Origin: a bacterium
Lineage (GTDB): Bacteria > Methylomirabilota > Methylomirabilia > CAVQYV01
Direction of reading: 5' to 3'
DNA length: 47,667 nucleotides
Assembly (NCBI GenBank): GCA_043800755.1
Contig: JAZDMQ010000127.1
Location: forward strand, 1-47,667
Part shown: piece after piece, positions 39,107 to 47,667 of the stretch
Layout of the letters: every line of letters begins with the position of its first letter
Position numbering within the stretch: the stretch's first letter is position 1
Made by a program: the position numbers and the translations under genes
Notes under the pieces: generated by a model
What the model saw: only the letters and a program-made list of their open reading frames with translations
What the model was told of the DNA's origin: nothing
The model's database searches: none

Positions 39107-40218
39107 GGATCGGGTCCTGGGTGATCACCTATTCGCTAAATTGCATTCGCCAGGGGCCCGCTCATCTGGGGGGCCGGATCTGGCTTTTTCTATTGTCGAT
39201 GGTTTCCTGGCTCTACAGTCCTCTGGTCCGACTGCGAGGACTTGCCTACTCCCTGGGCTGGATGCCGCAGAGGAGGCTCCCGGTTCCGGTGATCAGTGTG
39301 GGTAATATCAGCCTGGGGGGAACAGGCAAGACGCCGTTGGTGGAACGGATCGCCCGGGCCGTCTCCGAGGAGAAAAAGAGGGTGGCCATCCTGATCAGGG
39401 GGTATCGGGGTTCCTCCGAAGCGGAAACCGTGGTTGTCTCTGACGGGACTCGCCTGCTGAGCCGGCCCGCGGAGGCCGGGGATGAGGCCTATCTTCTGGC
39501 AAAGCGTCTCCCCTCGGTGGCGGTCGTTGCCGGAAAGGATCGCTATCGCGCCGGAAGCCTGGCCATCACCGACCTGGGGGCCCAGTCCTTGGTCCTGGAT
39601 GATGGCTTTCAGCATCGGTCGCTGAAGCGGGATCTGGATATTGTGTCCATCGACGCTTCCGAGCCCTTTGGCTATGGTCATCTCTTTCCGCGGGGACTTC
39701 TGCGGGAGCCGCTGGAGTCCCTGTCCCGGGCGGATGTCTTGGTCATCATCCGGGCGAAGGCGGACCAGGACCTGGAGGAGATCAGGGGGCGCCTAAGAAG
39801 ATATAACCCCCAGGCCGCCCTCTTCGTCGGAGAGCGTCGTCCCCTATCTTTCATGAAGATGCCGGAGGAGAGCCAGCATCGCCTAGAGGAGATCAGAGGA
39901 TGGAAGTGCGTTGCCTTCTCCGGGATTGCCAATCCCCCCTCCTTCCTCGCCCTCCTTTCTTCCTTAGGGGCGGAGGTGATGAGGAGCTTCTCCTTTCCCG
40001 ATCATTACCCCTATCGCCTGGAGGAACTGGGGGAGATCGTGGGATGGGCAAAGGAAGCCGGGGTGCAGGCCCTGTTGACGACCGAAAAGGATTCAGTCCG
40101 TCTTCCCGAGGACCTCTATCCCCTGCCGATTCCGCTATTCTACCTCCGGATGGAGATCCAGCTCTCCCAGGAGAAAGAATTCTTTTCTCTGGTGAGGGGG
40201 GCGGGGAGGGCCTCGTGA
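39103..40218 (+). CDS. lpxK: Tetraacyldisaccharide 4'-kinase
   Basis: SVGNISLGGTGKTP, RGY, GDEA, LDDGFQH, P.GLLREP, FPDHY and TTEKD. Confidence 0.96.
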   Translation: MRIGSWVITYSLNCIRQGPAHLGGRIWLFLLSMVSWLYSPLVRLRGLAYSLGWMPQRRLPVPVISVGNISLGGTGKTPLVERIARAVSEEKKRVAILIRGYRGSSEAETVVVSDGTRLLSRPAEAGDEAYLLAKRLPSVAVVAGKDRYRAGSLAITDLGAQSLVLDDGFQHRSLKRDLDIVSIDASEPFGYGHLFPRGLLREPLESLSRADVLVIIRAKADQDLEEIRGRLRRYNPQAALFVGERRPLSFMKMPEESQHRLEEIRGWKCVAFSGIANPPSFLALLSSLGAEVMRSFSFPDHYPYRLEELGEIVGWAKEAGVQALLTTEKDSVRLPEDLYPLPIPLFYLRMEIQLSQEKEFFSLVRGAGRAS

Positions 40219-41201
40219 ATAATATGGCGAAAGAACCCGCACCTCTCAAGAACCGACAGCGAGCGGCCAGGCGGACCTCTACTCCGTTGGCCCAAGCTCG
40301 CTACCTCACGGAATATCTCCTGTTTCGCATCGCCTGGCTGATCTTCGCCCGAGTCCCCGCCAAGGTGGCGTATGCCCTGGGCAAGGGGTTGAGCCGGGCA
40401 GCCTTTTTCCTGGATGCTCGCCATCGGAGGATCGCTCTGGAGAACCTGCGGATGGCGATGGGGGACCAACGGGGAGAGGCAGAGATCGGAGGGCTGGCCC
40501 AGGCCTCTTTCCTGCACTTGACCTTGGCCTTTGTGGAGCTTTGCAGATACCGCAGATTAAAGGAAGAGCCCGTAGAGAGCTTTGTCGAGTTTGAGGGTGT
40601 GCCCAGGGTGGTCAAGGCCAGAGAGGGCGGGCGGGGGATCATTCTGATCACCGGGCATCTCGGGTCCTGGGAGATGGGGGCCTTGGCGTCCCCTTTGATC
40701 GGCTACCCCTTAGAGGTGGTGTTTCGGCCTCTGGATAATCCCTACCTGGACCGCTGGCTCGCCGGGGTGAGAAGCAGCACCGGCAATCAGGTCGTCCCCA
40801 AAAGGAATGCCCTGCGCCCCATCCTTTCCTCCCTTCACAAAGGGGGGATCGTGGTGGTCCTCATGGATCTCAATACCATGAGGGGGGAGGGGGTCTTCGT
40901 GGACTTCTTCGGGAAGCCGGCCTCCACCACCTATGCCCCCGCCCTGTTGGCCCTGCGGACCGGGGCGGCGGTATTTCCCATCCTGACCCTGCGGGAGCAG
41001 GAACATCGCCTGAGGGTCATTGTAGGGGAGGAGATCCCCCTCTCGCGGAGTGGAGACCTGCAGAGAGATCTGGTCGAAAACACCGCCCTCTTCACCAAGG
41101 TATTGGAGGGATATATCCGGGAGCATCCGGAGCAGTGGTTTTGGGCTCACGAGAGATGGAAGACCAGACCCAAAGTCAGAGAGTCGGACCAGGACGGATA
41201 A
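40215..41201 (+). CDS. lpxL: Lipid A late (secondary) acyltransferase, LpxL/HtrB family
   Basis: TGHLGSWE, RPLDNP, VDFFGKPA and IREHPEQWFWAHERWK. Start at GTG 40215 or ATG 40224. Confidence 0.88.
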   Translation: MNNMAKEPAPLKNRQRAARRTSTPLAQARYLTEYLLFRIAWLIFARVPAKVAYALGKGLSRAAFFLDARHRRIALENLRMAMGDQRGEAEIGGLAQASFLHLTLAFVELCRYRRLKEEPVESFVEFEGVPRVVKAREGGRGIILITGHLGSWEMGALASPLIGYPLEVVFRPLDNPYLDRWLAGVRSSTGNQVVPKRNALRPILSSLHKGGIVVVLMDLNTMRGEGVFVDFFGKPASTTYAPALLALRTGAAVFPILTLREQEHRLRVIVGEEIPLSRSGDLQRDLVENTALFTKVLEGYIREHPEQWFWAHERWKTRPKVRESDQDG

Positions 41202-42808
41202 AGAGGATCCTGATCCATGGGGCCAACTGGGTGGGGGACGCCCTGATGACCACGCCGGCGATCTCCTGCATCCGGAGGGCCTTTCCCCGGGCCTCTATCA
41301 CTGCCCTGGCCGTGCCACCTGTACAGGGGATCTACCGAGGTCAGCCCGACCTCGAGGAGACGATTCTCTATCAACGGTCCGGCAGGCATCGGGGGACAGC
41401 AGGTAAGAGGCAACTGGTAAAGGAGCTTCGAGCCGGCCGCTTCGACATGGCGGTTCTCTTTCCCAATTCCTTCGAATCGGCACTGCTGGCCTTTTGGGGA
41501 AGAATCCCGGTGCGCATCGGCTATCAAACCGATGGGCGGAGCGCCTTGCTCACCCATGGGATCAAGAGAGACAAGGACATCCTGGGGCGCCATCAGGTGG
41601 GATACTACCTGGGGCTGCCCCATTCCCTGGGCTGGAAGGAAGGGGAGAGGAAGCTCTCGCTCCCCGTGGCGGCAGGGGATGAGAAGTGGACCATTCAGCT
41701 ATTGCGGGATAAAGGATGGCAGGAGGGGAAGCCCCTGGTGGCCTTCGCGCCCGGCGCCTCCTATGGGCCTGCCAAAAAATGGGAACCCTTGCGCTTTGCG
41801 AAGGTGGCCGATGCCCTGATCGCTGGCCATTTGGCACAGGTGATGATCGTCGGCTCACGGAAGGATCAGGGAGAGGCGGAGGATATGGCCTCCAAAATGA
41901 GAGGCAAGGCATGGGATCTGACCGGAGAAACGACCCTGGGCCAACTGGCGGCCTTGCTCGCCCGCTGCGACCTGCTCGTGGCCAACGATTCAGGGGCCAT
42001 GCATGTGGCCGCGGCGACCCAGACCCCCATCGTTGCCCTATTTGGGCCCACCGATCCGGCGAGGACCTCGCCCTATGGGGTGAGGTACCGGCTGCTGCGC
42101 CACGAGGTGGACTGCAGCCCTTGCCTCTTACGGGAGTGCCCTACCGATCATCGGTGTCTGAGAGGCATCAAGGTCAACGAGGTGCTGGAGGCGGCCTCCG
42201 CCTTCTTGGAGAAGGGCCGGGGGCGGGAGAGAGATGTCGCGGTCTTTCTGGACCGAGATGGGACGATTAATGAGGAGGTCGGCTACCTCTCTTGCGTGCA
42301 GGACCTCAAGCTGATCCCCGGGGCGGCAGAGTCGGTGCGCCTCCTGAACCAGCACGGCTTGAAGGCGGTGATCATCAGCAATCAATCAGGCGTGGCCCGG
42401 GGTTTTCTCTCGGAGAGCCGGGTAGAAGAGATCCATGGAAGGCTCGCAGGGCTCCTGGAAGAAAAGGGGGCCTACCTGGACGGGATCTATTTCTGTCCCC
42501 ATCACCCGGAGATCGGCGAGGCTCCCTACCGGGCCCTTTGCGATTGTCGGAAGCCCAAGGCGGGGATGCTGAGGAAGGCAGCCCGCGATCTGAATCTTGA
42601 TCTTTTGGGGTCCTATGTGATAGGAGATCATCTGAGCGATGTGGCCCTAGGGAAGAATGTGGGCATGAAGTCGATCCTGGTCCAGACAGGCCATGGGAGG
42701 GGACAATCCGAGCAGATCTCCCCCAATGTGGGTCCTCATCCCGATCTGATAAGCGGCGATGTCTATCAGGCCGTGCAATGGATTCTCAGAGACCTGAGGG
42801 AGGCTTGA
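41156..42808 (+). CDS. waaF: Heptosyltransferase II (GT9) fused to D,D-heptose 1,7-bisphosphate phosphatase (WaaF-GmhB)
   Basis: NWVGDALM, PNSFESA, PGASYGPAKKW, NDSGAMHVAAA, then in the same frame FLDRDGTIN, SNQSGVARG, CPHHP..CDCRKP and IGD. Confidence 0.9.
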   Translation: MEDQTQSQRVGPGRIKRILIHGANWVGDALMTTPAISCIRRAFPRASITALAVPPVQGIYRGQPDLEETILYQRSGRHRGTAGKRQLVKELRAGRFDMAVLFPNSFESALLAFWGRIPVRIGYQTDGRSALLTHGIKRDKDILGRHQVGYYLGLPHSLGWKEGERKLSLPVAAGDEKWTIQLLRDKGWQEGKPLVAFAPGASYGPAKKWEPLRFAKVADALIAGHLAQVMIVGSRKDQGEAEDMASKMRGKAWDLTGETTLGQLAALLARCDLLVANDSGAMHVAAATQTPIVALFGPTDPARTSPYGVRYRLLRHEVDCSPCLLRECPTDHRCLRGIKVNEVLEAASAFLEKGRGRERDVAVFLDRDGTINEEVGYLSCVQDLKLIPGAAESVRLLNQHGLKAVIISNQSGVARGFLSESRVEEIHGRLAGLLEEKGAYLDGIYFCPHHPEIGEAPYRALCDCRKPKAGMLRKAARDLNLDLLGSYVIGDHLSDVALGKNVGMKSILVQTGHGRGQSEQISPNVGPHPDLISGDVYQAVQWILRDLREA

Positions 42809-42811
42809 GGC

Positions 42812-43900
42812 ATGGCAAAACCTCACTCCTCCATCCCCCGGGAGCGGATCGAGCGCATCTTAGTGGTGAAGCCGAGCTCCCTCGGAGATGTCGTTCATGC
42901 CCTCCCCGCCGTGGCGGCCCTGCGGCATGGATTTCCCAATGCCTTCCTGGCTTGGATGGTGGAGGAAGAGACGGCGGGCATCGTGGCCGGCAATCCGCAT
43001 CTGGATGAGGTGATCGTCTCCTCCCGCAAACGGTGGCGGAGGGAGGTGAAGCAAGGATCGAGCCGCCTCTCGGCGCTCAGAGAGGCATGGGAGTTCCTGA
43101 AGGTGCTGCGGACCAGGAGGTTCGATCTGGTCATTGACCTGCAAGGGCTGCTCAAGAGCGCCATCCCCAGCTTCCTCTCCGGGGCCCCTTTTCGCCTCGG
43201 CTATGCCCGGGCCCGGGAGATGAGCCCCCTCTTCCTCACCCACAAGGTCTCCGTGGATCATAGATCCATGCACGCGGTAGACCGTTATCTGGAGATCGCC
43301 CGTTTCTTAGGCCTTGCGGTGGGAGAGCCGGAATTCTACATTGCCGTGAGCCCAAGGGAAAAGGAGGCGGCGAGAGGGCTTTTGCGGGAAGGGGGCATCG
43401 CTGCGGGAGAGACTACGGTGATCCTCAACGCTCCCACCCGCTGGCAGAGCAAGCGCTGGCCGAAGGATAGGTTTGCCGAGCTGGGAGATCGACTATCTTG
43501 TCGCCTTCAGGCCAGGATCATCTTGACCGGGGGGCGGGAGGATCGAGGCCTGGCAGGGGAGATCGCCTGCCGAATGCACAGGCCGTCGGTGGTGGTGGCC
43601 GGGAGGACCAATCTGAAGGAGCTCTGTGCCCTGCTGAAAGAGGTGGATCTGATGATCACCTGCGATTCCGGACCCATGCACATCGCCGCGGCCCTGGGCA
43701 CCCCCACCGTCGCCCTGTTTGGGCCTACGGACCCCAAACGGACCGGGCCTTATGGGGGAGGGCACCGGGTGCTGCAGGGCCGGGCCGATTGCGCCCCCTG
43801 TTTCAAGAGGAGTTGTCCCGAGAACCGCTGCCTGCAGGGGATTACCGTGGAGGAGGTCTTTTCTGCGGCGGAAGAGGCCTTGAGGGCCGAGGGATCCTAA
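42812..43900 (+). CDS. waaC: LPS heptosyltransferase (GT9; WaaC-like)
   Basis: ILVVKPSSLGDVVHALP, IDLQGLLKSA, SKRWP and DSGPMHIAAALGTP..LFGPT. Confidence 0.8.
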   Translation: MAKPHSSIPRERIERILVVKPSSLGDVVHALPAVAALRHGFPNAFLAWMVEEETAGIVAGNPHLDEVIVSSRKRWRREVKQGSSRLSALREAWEFLKVLRTRRFDLVIDLQGLLKSAIPSFLSGAPFRLGYARAREMSPLFLTHKVSVDHRSMHAVDRYLEIARFLGLAVGEPEFYIAVSPREKEAARGLLREGGIAAGETTVILNAPTRWQSKRWPKDRFAELGDRLSCRLQARIILTGGREDRGLAGEIACRMHRPSVVVAGRTNLKELCALLKEVDLMITCDSGPMHIAAALGTPTVALFGPTDPKRTGPYGGGHRVLQGRADCAPCFKRSCPENRCLQGITVEEVFSAAEEALRAEGS

Positions 43901-43964
43901 CCTCATTTACTCAACCCTGGTCAAGGGCTTGAAGACAAGAAAAAAGAAGAGGGAGATTAGATAG

Positions 43965-44921
43965 ATGGGAAATACCCCCAGATCTCTGGTCACCGGGGCC
44001 GCAGGATTTATTGGGTCCCACCTTTGCCAAAGGCTGATTAGCGAGGGCCATGAGGTGACGGGCCTAGATTGCTTCACCGACTATTATCCGCGGGCACAGA
44101 AGGAGGCCAACCTAAGAGAGTTGGGCGGCCAGAGCCGCTTCCATTTCCTGGAGGCGGACCTGAATCAGGCGGACCTGGACTCCCTGGTGAAGGACCAGGA
44201 TTTCATCTTCCATCAGGCGGCCCAGGCCGGGGTGAGAAAATCCTGGGGACAGGATTTTCTTGGCTACCTCCGGAACAATATCGAAGCGACCCAAAGGCTG
44301 TTGGAGGCGGTGAAGCGGAGTGGCGCCGGGGTCAGAAAGATCGTCTATGCCTCCTCTTCTTCGGTCTATGGCTCAGAGGTGGAGCTTCCCATGCGGGAGG
44401 ATGCTTACCTTCAGCCCTTCTCGCCCTACGGGGTGACCAAGCTGGCCGCGGAGCAGCTCTGTCATCTCTATTGGGAGAACTATGGGATCCCGGTGGTTTC
44501 CCTCCGCTACTTCACAATCTATGGCCCCCGGCAGAGGCCCGATATGGCCTTTCACCGCTTCATCAAGAATTCCCTCCAGGGGGAGGTGATCGTACTCTAT
44601 GGTGACGGGGAGCAGACCCGGGACTTTACCTTCATCTCGGATGCCGTGGAGGCCAACTTGCTCGCCTTGCAGGAGGGGGTGGCCGGGAGGGTCTTCAACA
44701 TCGGCGGGGGATCTCGCGTCTCCGTCAATTCCGTGATCCGACACCTGGAGGAGATTGTCGGCCAACCCATCCAGGTGCACCATGAGCCTTCCCTCAAAGG
44801 GGAGATGAGACACACCTATGCCGATTGCCTGCAGGCCCGCACCGTTATAGGATACCTTCCCCAAACCTCCATCCGGGAAGGGCTTGCTCAGGAAGTGGCA
44901 TGGCTAAAAGGCCAACCGTAG
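43965..44921 (+). CDS. NAD-dependent nucleotide-sugar epimerase/dehydratase
   Basis: TGAAGFIG, AAQAGVR, ASSSSVYG, YGVTK, YGPRQRPDMA and RDFT. Confidence 0.9.
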   Translation: MGNTPRSLVTGAAGFIGSHLCQRLISEGHEVTGLDCFTDYYPRAQKEANLRELGGQSRFHFLEADLNQADLDSLVKDQDFIFHQAAQAGVRKSWGQDFLGYLRNNIEATQRLLEAVKRSGAGVRKIVYASSSSVYGSEVELPMREDAYLQPFSPYGVTKLAAEQLCHLYWENYGIPVVSLRYFTIYGPRQRPDMAFHRFIKNSLQGEVIVLYGDGEQTRDFTFISDAVEANLLALQEGVAGRVFNIGGGSRVSVNSVIRHLEEIVGQPIQVHHEPSLKGEMRHTYADCLQARTVIGYLPQTSIREGLAQEVAWLKGQP

Positions 44922-45820
44922 AAGAGGAACTGGCAGAGATCAAATCCCAGCTCGGTGTCCTTCAGCAGCAGGTGGAGGAGATCCAGAAGAAGCTGGAAGG
45001 CCCCTTCGTCCCGGTGGCAGAGATCCTGCGCCGGAGGGGATTGGCCTTCCGCAGGGCGAACCCCACCGATAACCTCCTCTTGCCGCCCAAGATCTCCCCG
45101 GCCAAGGAGCACCAGTTCTACGAGATGATGAAGCGGTACTCTTTCCGCATCTTTCTCCGGGAGCTCATCGCCCGCCGCGATTCCTCGTCGCCCTCTCGCC
45201 CCACCTCGCTCCAGCGGTTTTGCTCCCCGGAGGTCGAAGAAGAATACCTCCTCATCCTGCTGCGTTGCGGGATCCTGCGCGAAAGAAAGTCAGGGATTGC
45301 CCTGGCCCATGATGGGGTGAGGAACTTCGGGGGGACCCTGGAGTGGTTCGTGGCGCAGGTGATGGAGAGAGAATTTTCCTCCTCCGCGATCTGGGGGGTG
45401 AGATTGGACCATCTCAAATCGGGCGGGGACTACGATGTCCTCTCCTGGGTGGAGGGGAACCTTCTCTACCTGGAGGTGAAGTCCTCTCCCCCCAAGCACA
45501 TCGAGGGATCGGAGATCGGCTCCTTTCTGGACCGGGTCGAGGCCCTGAGGCCGAATTTTGCGATCTTGCTGGTCGATACCGAACTTCGCATGAAGGACAA
45601 GATAGTTCCCCTCTTCGGGGAGGAGTTGGCAGACAAGGAGGTGGCCACAGGGCCGGAGGAGGCGAAACCGATTCGGCGGCTTTTCGATGAAACCTTCCTC
45701 ATCCAGGATCAGATCTTCCTCACCAACAGTAGACCCAACCTGATCAGCAATCTGGCGCGGATCTTGCGATGGTGGCTGGGCAGCAAGGGCAATCGCGCCA
45801 TGGAGGCGGGAGATGATTAG
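44900..45820 (+). CDS. Hypothetical protein with N-terminal coiled coil and C-terminal PD-(D/E)XK nuclease-like domain
   Basis: EEELAEIKSQLGVLQQQVEEIQKKLE coil, then GGTLEWFV...GDYDVL..EG.LLYLEVKS (E..D..ExK). Overlaps both neighbours. Confidence 0.65.
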   Translation: MAKRPTVEEELAEIKSQLGVLQQQVEEIQKKLEGPFVPVAEILRRRGLAFRRANPTDNLLLPPKISPAKEHQFYEMMKRYSFRIFLRELIARRDSSSPSRPTSLQRFCSPEVEEEYLLILLRCGILRERKSGIALAHDGVRNFGGTLEWFVAQVMEREFSSSAIWGVRLDHLKSGGDYDVLSWVEGNLLYLEVKSSPPKHIEGSEIGSFLDRVEALRPNFAILLVDTELRMKDKIVPLFGEELADKEVATGPEEAKPIRRLFDETFLIQDQIFLTNSRPNLISNLARILRWWLGSKGNRAMEAGDD

Positions 45821-46616
45821 GAAACCAGCGGTGGCCGGTGCTTTTTACGAGGAGAAGCGGGAACGACTTCTTTCTCAGGTCCGGGAATATATCGAGGAAG
45901 GCGTGGCCAAGGAAGAAGCCCTGGGGGCGGTAGTCCCTCATGCCGGCTTCATCTATTCGGGGAAGGTGGCGGGGGCCGTCTATTCTCGATTGGCATTTCC
46001 TCCCACCTTTATCATCCTCGGTCCCAACCATACCGGTCTGGGGGCTGGGGCATCCATCATGGCCTATGGGGAGTGGCAGATGCCGCTGGGGACGGTCAAG
46101 ATCAATGCGGAGCTGGCCCAGGCGATCCTTGGGTTTTCTGGCGCCCTGGAGGAGGATGAGACCGGGCACCTGCGAGAACATTCCATTGAGGTGCAGCTCC
46201 CCTTCCTGCAGTACTTTGGGACCCCCTTCGACTTCGTGCCCATCAGCCTGTACAGCCATGAGTTTCCGGTCTGCCAGGATGTGGGATCTGCGATCGCGGC
46301 GGCCTTGAAGGATTATCCCAAGAGGGTCACCATCCTGGCCAGTACCGACATGAGCCACTATGTCTCCCAGGAGGTGGCGGAGGCGAAGGACAGGCTGGCG
46401 ATTGATGCCATCTTGCGGCTCGATGCCCAGGGCCTCCACAGCACAGTCTTGAAGAACCGCATCTCCATGTGCGGCTTCGCCCCCACCGCGGCGGCCCTGG
46501 TGGCGGCCAAGAAGCTGGGGGCCTCCTCGGCCACCCTGGTGAAGTACATGACCTCCGGGGACATCAACCGGGACTATCGTCAGGTGGTGGGCTATGCAGG
46601 CCTCTTAATTCAATAG
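45813..46616 (+). CDS. amrB: MEMO1-family / AmmeMemoRadiSam system protein B
   Basis: RKPAVAGAFY, PHAGFIYSG, GPNH, EHSIEVQLPFLQ, STDMSHY, SMCG and VGYA. Confidence 0.92.
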   Translation: MIRKPAVAGAFYEEKRERLLSQVREYIEEGVAKEEALGAVVPHAGFIYSGKVAGAVYSRLAFPPTFIILGPNHTGLGAGASIMAYGEWQMPLGTVKINAELAQAILGFSGALEEDETGHLREHSIEVQLPFLQYFGTPFDFVPISLYSHEFPVCQDVGSAIAAALKDYPKRVTILASTDMSHYVSQEVAEAKDRLAIDAILRLDAQGLHSTVLKNRISMCGFAPTAAALVAAKKLGASSATLVKYMTSGDINRDYRQVVGYAGLLIQ

Positions 46617-46638
46617 GGAAAGGAGAGGATGCAATCTC

Positions 46639-47667
46639 ATGAAAATGATTTATGGGATGAAGGTCTTCTGCTTTTTCGCTTTGGCATTCCTAATTTCTTC
46701 CCCTCTGTCTCTTCTCCAGGGTGCCGCTACGAAAGACCCCAAGAAGTCGTCCTCGGCCCCAGTTCAAAAGACGGCTCCTGTCAAGGCGGGCCCGAAGACG
46801 ACGCCCAAGGCGAAGAAGCCGCAACCTGCCAAGTCTCTGCCCGCAAAGAAGGTCAAGCCGGCTGCGAAGCCGGGCGGCCTTTACCATACCGTGAAAAAGG
46901 GACAGACCCTCTTTGGCATCAGTCGGACCTACCATGTCTCGATTGAGGAGCTGGCCAAAGCGAACCGCCTCTCCAAGCCTTCGGCCCTCAAGGTGGGCCA
47001 GCGGCTATTCATTCCCAGGGCGCGCCAGGCCAAGAGGGTGGAGCCCTTCAAGCCCCTCTCCTCCAAGCAGAGGGTGGAGATCGTGAGGTCCCTGGAGACC
47101 ACAGACATCGAAGAGGGGGATCTGTCCGAAGGAGAGGGGCCTCCAGGAGAGGACTCGGAGGCCACTACCGCAGAGGACCTGCCGAAAGAGCCTGAGGAGC
47201 CGCCCGGCTCCCCCTCAGATTCCTCTCCGGCGGAAGTCGCTAAGGCGGAGAGCGAAGGCTTCATCTGGCCCCTGATCAATCGCATCACCTCCCGTTTCGG
47301 CCCCCGGGGGAGGGGGATGCATACCGGCGTGGACATCGCCGCCCCTTCCTATCACGGGGTGGTGGCAGCTGCGGATGGAGAGGTGATCTTAGTGCAGCAT
47401 TCCCGGAGGGGGTTGGGCAATGCGGTGGTGCTGCAGCACGACCATGGGTATACGACGGTCTACGGCCACGGGGTGGTCATTCTGGTGCAAGAGGGGGATA
47501 CGGTGAAGCGAGGAGAGCCGATCTTAGGGGTGGGAAATACCGGGCATTCCACCGGGAACCACCTGCACTTCGAGATCCGGAGGAATGGCGTCCCCACCGA
47601 TCCCTTGCCCCTGATGCCCCCCACCCTCGATGAGCTCATCGAGGGCCTCAGGGCGGAGAAGAGCTGA
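46639..47667 (+). CDS. Secreted LysM-domain M23 metallopeptidase
   Basis: Signal peptide, Lys/Pro-rich stretch, LysM (YHTVKKGQTLFGIS..LKVGQRLFIP), acidic linker and M23 with HTGVD and HLH. The stop codon occupies the last three bases of the window. Confidence 0.9.
   Translation: MKMIYGMKVFCFFALAFLISSPLSLLQGAATKDPKKSSSAPVQKTAPVKAGPKTTPKAKKPQPAKSLPAKKVKPAAKPGGLYHTVKKGQTLFGISRTYHVSIEELAKANRLSKPSALKVGQRLFIPRARQAKRVEPFKPLSSKQRVEIVRSLETTDIEEGDLSEGEGPPGEDSEATTAEDLPKEPEEPPGSPSDSSPAEVAKAESEGFIWPLINRITSRFGPRGRGMHTGVDIAAPSYHGVVAAADGEVILVQHSRRGLGNAVVLQHDHGYTTVYGHGVVILVQEGDTVKRGEPILGVGNTGHSTGNHLHFEIRRNGVPTDPLPLMPPTLDELIEGLRAEKS

Noticed and set aside
39900..40214. Long N-terminal extension of lpxL in the ORF track (likewise the upstream extensions of valS, rplM, uppS, lolE, msbA and waaA)
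   Set aside because: The extensions overlap upstream genes or spacers and lack family similarity; downstream starts fit better.

Overview
GC-rich (roughly 60%) core-genome segment of a diderm, LPS-producing bacterium. Gene order resembles Deltaproteobacteria-like, Methylomirabilota-like or Nitrospinota-like lineages, but this is inference and the taxon cannot be fixed from sequence alone. Left end, minus strand: ilvE, then a gene missed by the ORF track because it runs off the window. It encodes a twin-arginine (Tat) signal peptide fused to a FIST-N-like domain. Its ~350-nt leader holds two intrinsic terminators. The gene-proximal terminator overlaps a Moco/Wco-like riboswitch aptamer in an apparent ON-switch arrangement. 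This is the most novel-looking element in the window. The plus strand carries cheW-cheW-romR-like-valS-birA-coaX-DUF1847, rplM-rpsI, argC-argJ, rpsB-tsf-pyrH-frr-uppS-cdsA-lnt-prfB (+1 frameshift), lysS-lolC/E-lolD and clpC. A long envelope/lipid A/core cluster follows: bamA-skp-lpxD-fabZ-lpxA-lpxI-gnnA-like-lpxB-msbA-DUF374-waaA-lpxK-lpxL-waaF/gmhB fusion-waaC-epimerase. The window ends with a PD-(D/E)XK-fold protein, MEMO1/AmrB and a LysM-M23 peptidase. I saw no tRNA, rRNA, CRISPR array or mobile element. All calls come from reading motifs by eye; no database search was run.
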